Part shown: piece after piece, positions 1-7,908 of the stretch
Position numbering within the stretch: the stretch's first letter is position 1
Layout: each line of letters starts with the position of its first letter
NCBI GenBank assembly: GCA_034660035.1
Contig: JAYEIJ010000079.1
Coordinates: 2,405-62,225, forward strand
Reading direction: 5' to 3'
Length of the DNA: 59,821 nt
DNA from: Actinomycetota bacterium
GTDB lineage: Bacteria > Actinomycetota > Acidimicrobiia > Spongiisociales > UBA5794
The notes under the pieces: generated by a model
Seen by the model: only the letters and a program-made list of their open reading frames with translations
What the model was told of the DNA's origin: nothing
Databases searched by the model: none
Translations under genes and position numbers: made by a program

Positions 1-44
1 GCCCGTTGTTTCGACTCTGAAGTGCGCGGATCAATGCATGCCCC

Positions 45-1532
45 TCACTGCAGGTGCGGCGCTGCGGCGATGGCGGCGAGCACGGCTGCGGCCTTGTTCA
101 CGCATTCGTCGTACTCGTTGGTCGGGACGCTGTCGGCAACGATCCCGGCACCCGCCTGCACCCATGCACGGGTTCCATCCGAGATCATCGTGCGGAGTCC
201 GATCGCGGTATCGAGATTGCCGGCGAAATCGATGTAGCCGATCGCACCCGCATACGGACCCCTGGCCGTGGGTTCAAGATCGTCGATGATCTCCATCGCC
301 CGGATCTTGGGCGCCCCCGTGACCGTGCCGTGCGGGAACGTTGCCCGCAGAACGTCGACGGGACCCAACCCCTCTCGCAATACTCCGGAAACCCCGGAGA
401 CGATGTGCATCACATGCGAGTACCTCTCGACGACCATGAGATCGTCGACCGTGATGGTTCCGAATTCGCAGACCCGTCCCAGGTCGTTCCTCGCCAGGTC
501 GATCAGCATGACGTGCTCTGCCCGCTCCTTCGGATCGGCGAGGAGTTCCTCTTCGAGAGCCGCGTCGGCCTCGGGGTTCGCTCCCCTGGGCCGAGTCCCT
601 GCGATGGGGCGACTGAAGGCGATCCGGTTCCGGACCCGCGTCATGAGTTCGGGCGAGGATCCCGCTATCGAGATCGAACCGTGCCTCACGAAGTACATGA
701 ACGGGGATGGGTTGACGAGTCGCAGCGCCCGGTAGACGGCGAAAGCGTTCCCATCGAACTCCACATCGAAGCGGATCGACGGGACGATCTGGAAGGCATC
801 CCCGGCGTTGATGTGCTCGATCGCCCGACGGACCTCTGCGTGGAACGCCTCCGGACTCGTGTTCGCATGGGAGGGCGCTATCTCGTTGAACGCCGGACGG
901 GCTGCGAGGGAACGGGTGGACACCCGCGCCATTCGCTCGACGTCGCTTGCGATGGCCGCCACCGCTTCGTCGTAGGCACGGGCCGGGTCGTCATCGACGA
1001 TGACGTTCCGGATGATCAGGATCGTATCTCTGAGACGGTCGATCGCGGCAAGCCCACCGCCGACGTGCCACACCATCTCCGGAAGTCCTCGATCATCGGG
1101 AGGTGTCTCGGGCAAGGCCTCGACATACCGGACGGCGTCATATGCGAGGTAGCCGACGAGTCCACCGTGGAGCGGCGGCGTCTCACCAGGGAACCCACAC
1201 TCCGAAGCGTCCGGCGTTTGGAATCGGGCGAGCAGCGACTCCAGCACGTGAAGCGGATCACCGTCCGGAAGGTCGATCTCGGCGCCCACCGCCTCGGTCG
1301 CGCCGTTCCCGGCGATCAGGGTGAACACGGGGTCCCATCCCACGAACGACCAGCGGGCCCATCGCTCACCACCCTCGACAGACTCGAGCAGGAAACCGTC
1401 GTCGTCACCGACCAGTGCTTCGAACACCGACACCGGTGTTTCCCGATCACCGAGGACCTCGGTCGCCAGCGGGACGACCGTGTACCGCTCGGCCAGTTCG
1501 AGGAACCGTTCCTTCGTCAACGAGATCTGCAT
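45..1532 (-). CDS. trpE: anthranilate synthase component I (chorismate-utilising enzyme family)
   Basis: 495-aa ORF. N-terminal LLESVEGGERWARWSFVG and C-terminal chorismate-binding core (GAPKIRAMEII, PYAGAIGY, GAGIVADS). TrpE versus PabB cannot be fully separated without a search. Confidence 0.8.
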   Translation of the reverse strand: MQISLTKERFLELAERYTVVPLATEVLGDRETPVSVFEALVGDDDGFLLESVEGGERWARWSFVGWDPVFTLIAGNGATEAVGAEIDLPDGDPLHVLESLLARFQTPDASECGFPGETPPLHGGLVGYLAYDAVRYVEALPETPPDDRGLPEMVWHVGGGLAAIDRLRDTILIIRNVIVDDDPARAYDEAVAAIASDVERMARVSTRSLAARPAFNEIAPSHANTSPEAFHAEVRRAIEHINAGDAFQIVPSIRFDVEFDGNAFAVYRALRLVNPSPFMYFVRHGSISIAGSSPELMTRVRNRIAFSRPIAGTRPRGANPEADAALEEELLADPKERAEHVMLIDLARNDLGRVCEFGTITVDDLMVVERYSHVMHIVSGVSGVLREGLGPVDVLRATFPHGTVTGAPKIRAMEIIDDLEPTARGPYAGAIGYIDFAGNLDTAIGLRTMISDGTRAWVQAGAGIVADSVPTNEYDECVNKAAAVLAAIAAAPHLQ

Positions 1533-1585
1533 GCGTCCACGTTAGGGCTGTTCGGTCATCCGCACCCGCGCCCCTACCCCGTCGT

Positions 1586-2335
1586 TCAGGAAGAGGACAG
1601 GCTGTCGAGACCGAGCCGGTCGAGCATGTCCGAGAAGAACCCGGACAGGTTCGCGATCCTGCCGGTGACCATCAGCAAGCCGAACACGGCGAGGAGAAGG
1701 CCGGAGACGACCGTGATCACCGTGAAGTGACGCTTCACCCAATCGAACGCCGAGAAGGCCTTCACGAGCAGCAACGAGGTCAACAGGAAGGGGATCCCGA
1801 GGCCGAGCGAGTAGAAGAACAGAACGAGCATCCCCTGGCCGACCGTGTCCGAGGTTGATCCGAGGAGCAGTGCCGACGCGAGGAACGGTCCGATGCAGGG
1901 CGTCCAACCGAACGCGAATGCGGCGCCCATGACCGGAGGTCCGAAGTAGCCGAATCTCCTGGCACCGTGAGACTCCACTCTCCGCTCGCGCATGACCGGC
2001 ATGAGCCACGACGGGGTCCACACGGCCGTGATGGCGATGAACAGGCCCATGGCCACGATGACCCAACCGGCGACGATGCTGAACACAGGACGTGCGAGCA
2101 GCGACGATATCGACGTGGCCGTTGCACCGAGACCGACGAAGACCGCCGTGAAGCCAAGCACGAACAGGCCCGTCATTCCGACGACGCGCCGCATCGACAC
2201 GTCTCCCTCGGAGAGTTCCTGCATCGAGTAGCCCGACATCAGGGAGATGTAGCCCGGGAGTAACGGGAGCACACACGGCGACAGGAACGATGCAGCGCCC
2301 GCGAATACTGCTGCGACAAGATTTACTTCGGTCAA
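1586..2335 (-). CDS. ccdA: cytochrome c biogenesis protein CcdA (DsbD-family membrane thiol-disulfide transporter)
   Basis: ORF 1586..2446. FLSPCVLPLLPGY motif and multiple TM helices. Start trimmed to in-frame TTG at 2335, which follows GGAGG (rc of 2341-2345). Confidence 0.75.
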   Translation of the reverse strand: MTEVNLVAAVFAGAASFLSPCVLPLLPGYISLMSGYSMQELSEGDVSMRRVVGMTGLFVLGFTAVFVGLGATATSISSLLARPVFSIVAGWVIVAMGLFIAITAVWTPSWLMPVMRERRVESHGARRFGYFGPPVMGAAFAFGWTPCIGPFLASALLLGSTSDTVGQGMLVLFFYSLGLGIPFLLTSLLLVKAFSAFDWVKRHFTVITVVSGLLLAVFGLLMVTGRIANLSGFFSDMLDRLGLDSLSSS

Positions 2336-2455
2336 AGGAACCTCCGGACGGCCACAGTGAACGGGAACGGTACCGGCACGCGGATTGTTCCCGATCGGAA
2401 TTCGACCGCTCCGGCGGTAGGCTCCCAACGTCCCACCGATCCCCACCCTTCACGA

Positions 2456-3703
2456 ATGCCTCTCCCACAGATCATCAATCCGACGAAACCATTCTCACCG
2501 TCCGATCGCAGGATCGTCTTCTTGCTGGGGATCGTTGCGTTCATCGCGGGGTACGGCGGGGCACAGATGGCCCACACCCTCCCCTATGCGCGTCTCTCTC
2601 TCGGCCTGACCGAGGGGAACATGAGCATCGTCTTCGCGATCGTCCGGGCTGTGTCGCTCCTCGGTGTGGCGTTCTCCATGATCGCCGATCGCAAGGGCCG
2701 CAAGGACCCTCTGATCATCGCGTTCGGTCTCCTCTCTCTCGGAAGCCTCCTCACCGCATTCGTGCCGTCCACCGTCGTGTACGTCGCGTCTCAGTCGATC
2801 GTTCGGGTTGCGGTCATCGCCGTCGCCGCACTCGGCATGGTTCTCCTCGCCGAGGAACTGTCACCGGGAATCCGGGCATACGGCATGGGCCTCTATGGAC
2901 TCGCCGGATCGCTCGGTGTCGGCACGGGCCTCTTGCTCCTGCCGATCGCCGAACGCGCAGATAGCGGATGGCGCATTCTGTTCGCCCTCTCCGGCCTCGG
3001 TCTCCTCGCGATCCCGATGCTCCTGCGCTTCCTCCCCGAGAGCAGGGCCTACAAGCCCGGTCGTTCGATCTCGTTCATCGCGGCACTGAAGATGGGCCTC
3101 GGACGGCACTTCTGGCCGCTCGCCGCAGTGTCGTTCTTCGTGTCGGCATTCTCCGCTCCGGCATTCGACTTCGTGCTCGAGCGCCTGATCAACGATCTCG
3201 CCTGGGAGGCGAGTGCGGCTCGATTCCTCCTCATCGCCGCCAGCGGCCTGGGAGCCATCGGATTGCTGGTCGGCGGTCGGATGGCAGACAACACCGGTCG
3301 CCGGCCGACGGCGGCGATCGCTCTCGGCATCGGACTCGTCGGAGGTCTCGGCTTCTACCTCCTCAATTCCGGCTGGTTCCTCGCCGGTTCGATCTTCCTC
3401 GCCACGCTGGGGGCCACGATGCTGACTCCCGCGCTCGGAGCGCTCAGAGCCGAACTGTTCCCGACTCGTGTGAGGGCTACATCGGCGGCCTGGGTGACGA
3501 ACGCGGCGATCCTCGGCAGCATCACCGGGTTCCTCATCGGTGGCGTACTCATCGACCGAATCGGCTTGCCGCTGACGGTCGCTTCTCTCGGCTCCGGCCT
3601 CTTGATCTCGATCTTCCTGGTCCTCAGGCTTCCCGAGACGAAGGGGATGGATCTGGTCCGTTCCGGGCGAAGCGATTCGAGTACCACCACCACAGACTCG
3701 TAA
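2456..3703 (+). CDS. MFS transporter
   Basis: ORF 2357..3703, about 12 hydrophobic helices. MFS motif-A-like loops MIADRKGRKD and GGRMADNTGRRP. Start set to ATG 2456 (MPLPQI); uncertain. Confidence 0.7.
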   Translation: MPLPQIINPTKPFSPSDRRIVFLLGIVAFIAGYGGAQMAHTLPYARLSLGLTEGNMSIVFAIVRAVSLLGVAFSMIADRKGRKDPLIIAFGLLSLGSLLTAFVPSTVVYVASQSIVRVAVIAVAALGMVLLAEELSPGIRAYGMGLYGLAGSLGVGTGLLLLPIAERADSGWRILFALSGLGLLAIPMLLRFLPESRAYKPGRSISFIAALKMGLGRHFWPLAAVSFFVSAFSAPAFDFVLERLINDLAWEASAARFLLIAASGLGAIGLLVGGRMADNTGRRPTAAIALGIGLVGGLGFYLLNSGWFLAGSIFLATLGATMLTPALGALRAELFPTRVRATSAAWVTNAAILGSITGFLIGGVLIDRIGLPLTVASLGSGLLISIFLVLRLPETKGMDLVRSGRSDSSTTTTDS

Positions 3704-4970
3704 CCCGAACGAGCATCAGCACCACGATCGCGGCCCACACTCCCACGAGACCCAATCCGAGCGGAATCACGGCCAGCAGGAAGCCGACGGCCGCTACGCC
3801 CGCCGCAAGTGTGCTCCCGGCCAGGAAGCCGAACGCCGCAGCGCCGATGGCGATGCCGTCCCACACGAAGGCGAAGCTGTTGATGGGTTGCATCACGATG
3901 AGGATGGGGAGGATCGACGCGAACGCCATCACCACCGCTTCGTCCACCGTGAACCACGAAGCCAGCCATGGTGAGGTCACGCCAAGCACCGTTGCGAGCA
4001 CGATCCCGAACAAGAAGCCCAGCGCCAGGAGTCGATTGGACACCTCTCGAGCGATCGCTCGATTGCCCGCTCCGATCTCCTTGCCAACGATCGCTTGACC
4101 GGCGATGGCCAGGGCATCCATGACGAGTGCCAGGAAGATCCAGAGCTGGATCGCGATCTGATGCGCCGCGACGGCCGCCGTTCCGAGGCGGGCGGCGACC
4201 ATCGTGGCTGCGGTCAGCGCAACCAGGAGCGACGCGTTGCGGAGCACCATCGCCTTCCCCGCGCTGAACAGCGGGCCAAGGGCACGCCGCTGAGGCCATC
4301 CGAACCCGATGCCCATCTCCACGCGACGAGTCCAGAAGAACAGCGCGACGAACCAGATCGCTCCGAACCACTGCGCCGTCACTGTTGCCCAGGCGGCGCC
4401 GGCGATCCCCCATCCCAGTCCGAAGATCAGGATCGGGTCGAGTACGAGGTTCACAGCGTTCAGGCCGAGCGTCACGACCAGCGGGGTGCGCGTATCCTGA
4501 TACCCGCGAAACGCGCCGTGACCGACAAGGATCACAAGCAGCGATGGAACGCCCAACGCACGGATTCGAAGGTAGGTCGCGGCGCCTTCGAGTACGTCGC
4601 TCTCGGTGCCGAACGCCCTCAGGAGGGGCTCGCCCAGGACGACCAACGCGACCGCGGCGACCACGCCGGCAACAGCCGAGATAGCGAGCGCGGCGACGGT
4701 GAACCGGCCCGCTTCGGTCCGGTCGCCCGCTCCTATCGACTGAGCGACGAGAGGCGTGACCGCGTATCCGAGGAAGTTGAAGATGGCGAATACCGCTAGG
4801 AAGATCGCTGAGGCGATGGCGACAGAGGCAAGTGCCGTCGCACCGAGTCGGCCGACGAACGCCGTGTCGATGAGCGAAACCAGCGGATCGGCAGCCAGCG
4901 CCCCGAGGGCGGGGAGACCGATCCGGATGATCTCCCGGTCGTACGGGGTTCTTCTGAAGGCCGGGATCAT
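3624..4970 (-). CDS. MATE family efflux transporter
   Basis: 448-aa polytopic ORF with the typical MATE N-terminus (REIIRIGLPALGALAADPLVSLIDTAFVGRLG). Its start overlaps the nth stop by 4 nt. Confidence 0.85.
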   Translation of the reverse strand: MIPAFRRTPYDREIIRIGLPALGALAADPLVSLIDTAFVGRLGATALASVAIASAIFLAVFAIFNFLGYAVTPLVAQSIGAGDRTEAGRFTVAALAISAVAGVVAAVALVVLGEPLLRAFGTESDVLEGAATYLRIRALGVPSLLVILVGHGAFRGYQDTRTPLVVTLGLNAVNLVLDPILIFGLGWGIAGAAWATVTAQWFGAIWFVALFFWTRRVEMGIGFGWPQRRALGPLFSAGKAMVLRNASLLVALTAATMVAARLGTAAVAAHQIAIQLWIFLALVMDALAIAGQAIVGKEIGAGNRAIAREVSNRLLALGFLFGIVLATVLGVTSPWLASWFTVDEAVVMAFASILPILIVMQPINSFAFVWDGIAIGAAAFGFLAGSTLAAGVAAVGFLLAVIPLGLGLVGVWAAIVVLMLVRVTSLWWWYSNRFARNGPDPSPSSREA

Positions 4971-5620
4971 TCCCGAGTCTTATCGGGGTACGAGCACCGG
5001 TCGGCGAGCAAGCATCCGACGCACTCGGGCTTCCTCGCGTCGCACACCTCGCGACCGAACTGGATGAATCGCATCGAGACAGCTTCCCAGTCGCTCTCGG
5101 GATAGAGAGCCTTCAGAGCGCTCTCGATCTTGACCGGGTCGGATGCGGCCACCAACCCCAGCCTGTTCGAGACCCTCTTCACGTGGGTGTCGACGGCGAT
5201 CGCCGGGATGCCGAAGGCTTCAGCGAGCACCACGCTGGCGGTCTTCCTGCCGACGCCGCGCAGTTTCACGAGTTCATCGAGATCGGCGGGCACAACGCCG
5301 TCGTCACGATCCACGAGATCCGCCGCCAGGGAGATGATCGACTTGGTCTTCTGGCGGTAGTACCCGGTGGAGAAGATGACCTCCTCCACTTCTTCGGGAT
5401 TCGCCGCCGCCAGATCCTCGGGCGTCGGCCAGCGTTCGAAGAGAACGGGCGTCACCTTGTTCACGTTCGCGTCGGTCGTCTGTGCCGACAGAACGGTCGC
5501 TACCAGCAGGTTCCAGGGATCCACGTAGTCGAGCGCGGTCGAGATCTCCGGATACTTCTTCTTCAACCGGTTCAGGATGACCCGTGCGTTGCGTCGTTCT
5601 TCGGTGGTGGGTGCAGCCAT
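4967..5620 (-). CDS. nth: endonuclease III (DNA glycosylase/AP lyase)
   Basis: HhH-GPD motif LVKLRGVGRKTASVVL and 4Fe-4S ligand spacing C-x6-C-x2-C-x5-C (CDARKPECVGCLLADRC). Start trimmed to ATG 5620 (MAAPTTEERR). The ORF-track extension to 6121 reads through a tandem repeat. Confidence 0.9.
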   Translation of the reverse strand: MAAPTTEERRNARVILNRLKKKYPEISTALDYVDPWNLLVATVLSAQTTDANVNKVTPVLFERWPTPEDLAAANPEEVEEVIFSTGYYRQKTKSIISLAADLVDRDDGVVPADLDELVKLRGVGRKTASVVLAEAFGIPAIAVDTHVKRVSNRLGLVAASDPVKIESALKALYPESDWEAVSMRFIQFGREVCDARKPECVGCLLADRCSYPDKTRE

Positions 5621-5646
5621 GGGGAGACAGTAGGCGGGAAGGGGGA

Positions 5647-5772
5647 GACAGCGGACAGCAAACAGCAGACAGCACACAGCAGACAGCAAACAGCAAACAG
5701 CAAACAGCGGACAGCACACAGCACACAGCACACAGCACACAGCAGACAGCAGACAGCAGACAGCAAACAGCA
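5647..5772. repeat. tandem heptamer array, 18 phase-perfect copies of NACAGCR
   Basis: Counted unit by unit from 5647 (gacagcg) to 5772 (aacagca) with no indels. Lies in the divergent intergenic region between nth (ATG 5620) and the HNH gene (ATG 5877). Confidence 0.95.
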
Positions 5773-5876
5773 AGAGCCATACGGAATACGGATTTCGAGC
5801 AGGAATCTCGAGGATTTCTTTCTGGATATCGGGTATCCCCCGGTTTTCTGTCACAGCGGGTTGATACTTTGTCCGT

Positions 5877-6986
5877 ATGTTGTTCCAGACCCGCACAGCA
5901 GACGACATGGCGAAGAGGCTTCGCGACGTCGAGGCTGAGATCTCGGACCTGCGCTGCGAGCAGGCGGTGTTGGTCAACGAGTTGAGCAAGACCAACGCCG
6001 CATCCAAGGACGGACATCGGTCACTCGTAGAGTGGATCTCCGCAGAGCTCGACGTGTCGAGGGCGTCGGCGTCTGAGTTGGTGTTCTGCGGCAGGCATCT
6101 CACCAAGTACCGATGGGTCAACTATCGCCTCGCCGAGGGTCTCATCACCTTCGATCGTGCCGTCGGACTGATGCGCCTCGCCGACGCCGGAGCCGACCGG
6201 GCCACCATCGAAGATGCTGAGAGCATGGACCTTGCCGGCCTGAAGCGTCTCATCGCACAGCAGCGCAGGGTGACCCGCCGTGACGAACGGCAAGCCGCGC
6301 AGGAACGCTTCGCGATGATCCAGCCGAACCTCGACGAGTCCGCCTGGCGGATCTCGGGCGTGTTGCCCGGTGTCGACGGTCAGATCGTCTACCGGGCCCT
6401 CAACGAACGCTCGGACGAACTCCGACGGCTCCCCGGCAGCGACCAATACACCAGGGGGCAGCTCCAGGCTGACGCCCTGGTCGCCATGGCTCAAGACTCA
6501 ATGAACCGAACCAGCGACCGGACCGCATCGAATGGAGGATCGGTGACCGTGTTCGTCGACCTGGAACAAGCGAACGGAACCGGCGGGGAAACAGGCTGCG
6601 AACTCGAATACGGACCGAGGATCGGGCCTGCGGTGCTCGAGGAACTGCTCTGTACCGGCACCGTGCAGATCATCGGCCTCCAGGACGGCGAACCCGTCGT
6701 CGTCTCGAAGGCCTCGCGTGCGATCCCGCCCGCCATCCGGCGTCTCGTAGCGGCCCGCGACGGCGGCTGCACCATCGCAGGCTGCACCAGCCGCTACCGG
6801 CTCGAACCCCACCACATCAGGTTGCGTTCACAGGGAGGGACACACGACCCGGAGAACCTCACCACCCTCTGCTGGTTCCACCACCACGTCGCCATCCATC
6901 AACAAGGCCTCAGAATCGACCCCGACTCACCGCCGCTCCGGCGCCGACTCATCCGAACCCCCAAAGGCCCCGACCCGCCGGTATGA
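5877..6986 (+). CDS. DUF222-type HNH endonuclease domain protein (13E12-repeat-like family of actinobacteria)
   Basis: 369-aa ORF. C-terminal HNH motif (CTIAGCTSRYRLEPHHIRLRSQGGTHDPENLTTLCWFHHHVAIH) after a long helical N-terminal region, as in actinobacterial DUF222/HNH proteins. Confidence 0.8.
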   Translation: MLFQTRTADDMAKRLRDVEAEISDLRCEQAVLVNELSKTNAASKDGHRSLVEWISAELDVSRASASELVFCGRHLTKYRWVNYRLAEGLITFDRAVGLMRLADAGADRATIEDAESMDLAGLKRLIAQQRRVTRRDERQAAQERFAMIQPNLDESAWRISGVLPGVDGQIVYRALNERSDELRRLPGSDQYTRGQLQADALVAMAQDSMNRTSDRTASNGGSVTVFVDLEQANGTGGETGCELEYGPRIGPAVLEELLCTGTVQIIGLQDGEPVVVSKASRAIPPAIRRLVAARDGGCTIAGCTSRYRLEPHHIRLRSQGGTHDPENLTTLCWFHHHVAIHQQGLRIDPDSPPLRRRLIRTPKGPDPPV

Positions 6987-7067
6987 GTAGCGGAGTAGCC
7001 GAGTAGCCGAGTAGCCGAGTAGAAGGCACACCTTCCACCGACTACGGACTACGGACTACTGATTACT
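6985..7067. repeat. composite short-tandem-repeat block: about 4.75 x GAGTAGCC octamer, 17-nt spacer, 4 x GAYTACK heptamer
   Basis: Octamers at 6985-7022 start inside the HNH stop codon. Heptamers at 7040-7067. The GTAG and CTAC cores are complementary, so an imperfect hairpin is possible. Confidence 0.9.
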
Positions 7068-7076
7068 CTCCCACCC

Positions 7077-7643
7077 ATGGATATCGCTGCAATCGTTGAA
7101 GAGCGGGGACGGGTCGCCGGAGATCTTGTGCTCGTTGACGACTTTCTCAACCACCGGGTCGATCCCGTGATCATCGACGACATCGGACGGCAGATCGCCG
7201 AACACTTCGCCGATCTCAAACCGGACCTCATCGTCACAGCCGAAGCTTCCGGGATTCCGCCCGCGATGGCGACGGCCCGCTATCTCCCGCTGCCTGTGGT
7301 GTACGCGAAGAAGTATCACTCGATCGGCGAGCGAGACACGTTCGTTCGCGAGGTGCACTCGCCGACCAAGGGTGTCGAATACCGCATCGAGGTCGCACGA
7401 CGTGCCCTCGAATCGGGCGGCCGCGCCGTCATCATCGATGACTTCCTGGCAGGAGGGAGAACGGCGCAGTCGCTCGGCCAGATCGTCGAAGAGGCCGGCT
7501 GTGACATCGTCGGCTACGCCTTCGTGATCGAGAAGCAGTTCGCAGGCGGTCGGGACGTTCTCGAGTCGAACGGATGGGACGTCTGGTCGCTCGTCGAGAT
7601 CGCCGGCATCGCGGACGGGAAGCCGGTCATCGCCACCCGATAG
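7077..7643 (+). CDS. xpt: xanthine phosphoribosyltransferase
   Basis: 188-aa ORF. PRPP-binding loop AVIIDDFLAGGRT and N-terminal region typical of Xpt (LVDDFLNHRVDP). Confidence 0.85.
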   Translation: MDIAAIVEERGRVAGDLVLVDDFLNHRVDPVIIDDIGRQIAEHFADLKPDLIVTAEASGIPPAMATARYLPLPVVYAKKYHSIGERDTFVREVHSPTKGVEYRIEVARRALESGGRAVIIDDFLAGGRTAQSLGQIVEEAGCDIVGYAFVIEKQFAGGRDVLESNGWDVWSLVEIAGIADGKPVIATR

Positions 7644-7650
7644 GAACGTG

Positions 7651-7667
7651 ACCCGGCTTCGCCGGGT
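7651..7667 (+). terminator. GC-rich hairpin 8 nt after the xpt stop (ACCCGGC-TTC-GCCGGGT)
   Basis: Perfect 7-bp stem directly after the xpt TAG (7641-7643). No U-tract, so intrinsic-terminator function is only inferred. An almost identical sequence occurs inverted at 18868-18898. Confidence 0.45.
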
Positions 7668-7695
7668 GTAGTCGGTACTCGGTACTCGGTACGCT
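7668..7695. repeat. 4 x heptamer GTASTCG (gtagtcg gtactcg gtactcg gtacgct)
   Basis: Read directly; immediately follows the hairpin at 7651-7667. Confidence 0.85.
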
Positions 7696-7699
7696 TGTG

Positions 7700-7845
7700 T
7701 GGCTCTTCGAATACGAGCGGGGTGTGGCGAAGAAGAAGCTGGTAGTGAGTCGGGTGAAGCCTCGGAACGCCGTACGTCCCACGAAGTACGTAGCGCGTAC
7801 TACTGCCTGCAGTCTCCCCGGTTCTAACCGACCCCACCCATTCCC
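7700..7845. repeat. 146-nt dispersed repeat, copy A (partner at 45955-46107)
   Basis: Hand alignment. The 5' roughly 70 nt are about 91% identical and the 3' roughly 49 nt about 88% identical to copy B, in the same orientation. The GTAG/GTAC-rich centre diverges with indels totalling 7 nt. Confidence 0.85.
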
Positions 7846-7908
7846 AAAGTGTCAGATGTCGTCGGGATCAACGCCGGACGTCTGAGGAGTCCGTGTAGCT
7901 TCTTTCGG

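Noticed and set aside
54-1730. 558-aa plus-strand ORF opposite trpE, and similar long shadow ORFs (53404..55743, 48555..50117, 11634..13004, 23333..24316, 24533..25591)
   Set aside because: All are antisense to genes with strong family motifs, and their translations are Arg/Gly/Pro/Asp-rich with no recognisable domains. They are high-GC reading-frame artefacts.
5647-5772. CRISPR array
   Set aside because: The units are 7 nt and contiguous with no spacers, and no cas genes are present. This is a microsatellite-like array, not CRISPR.
5621-6121. N-terminal extension of nth with the CCLLSAVCCVLCAVCC repeat peptide
   Set aside because: The peptide is simply the translation of the 7-nt tandem array, which changes frame every unit. 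Endonuclease III homology begins at the ATG at 5620.
6987-7076. Purine riboswitch upstream of xpt
   Set aside because: The 90-nt gap is filled by the octamer and heptamer arrays. I could not find the conserved purine-riboswitch loop and junction sequences.
7514-7837. Similar peptides (YGVPRLHPTHYQLLLRHTPL / YDVPRLHPSHYRLHLRHTPL) encoded on the minus strand of the two roughly 150-nt repeat copies
   Set aside because: The similarity follows from the DNA identity. The copies differ by indels that are not multiples of 3, there is no start or SD context, and the ORFs extend into unrelated flanks.
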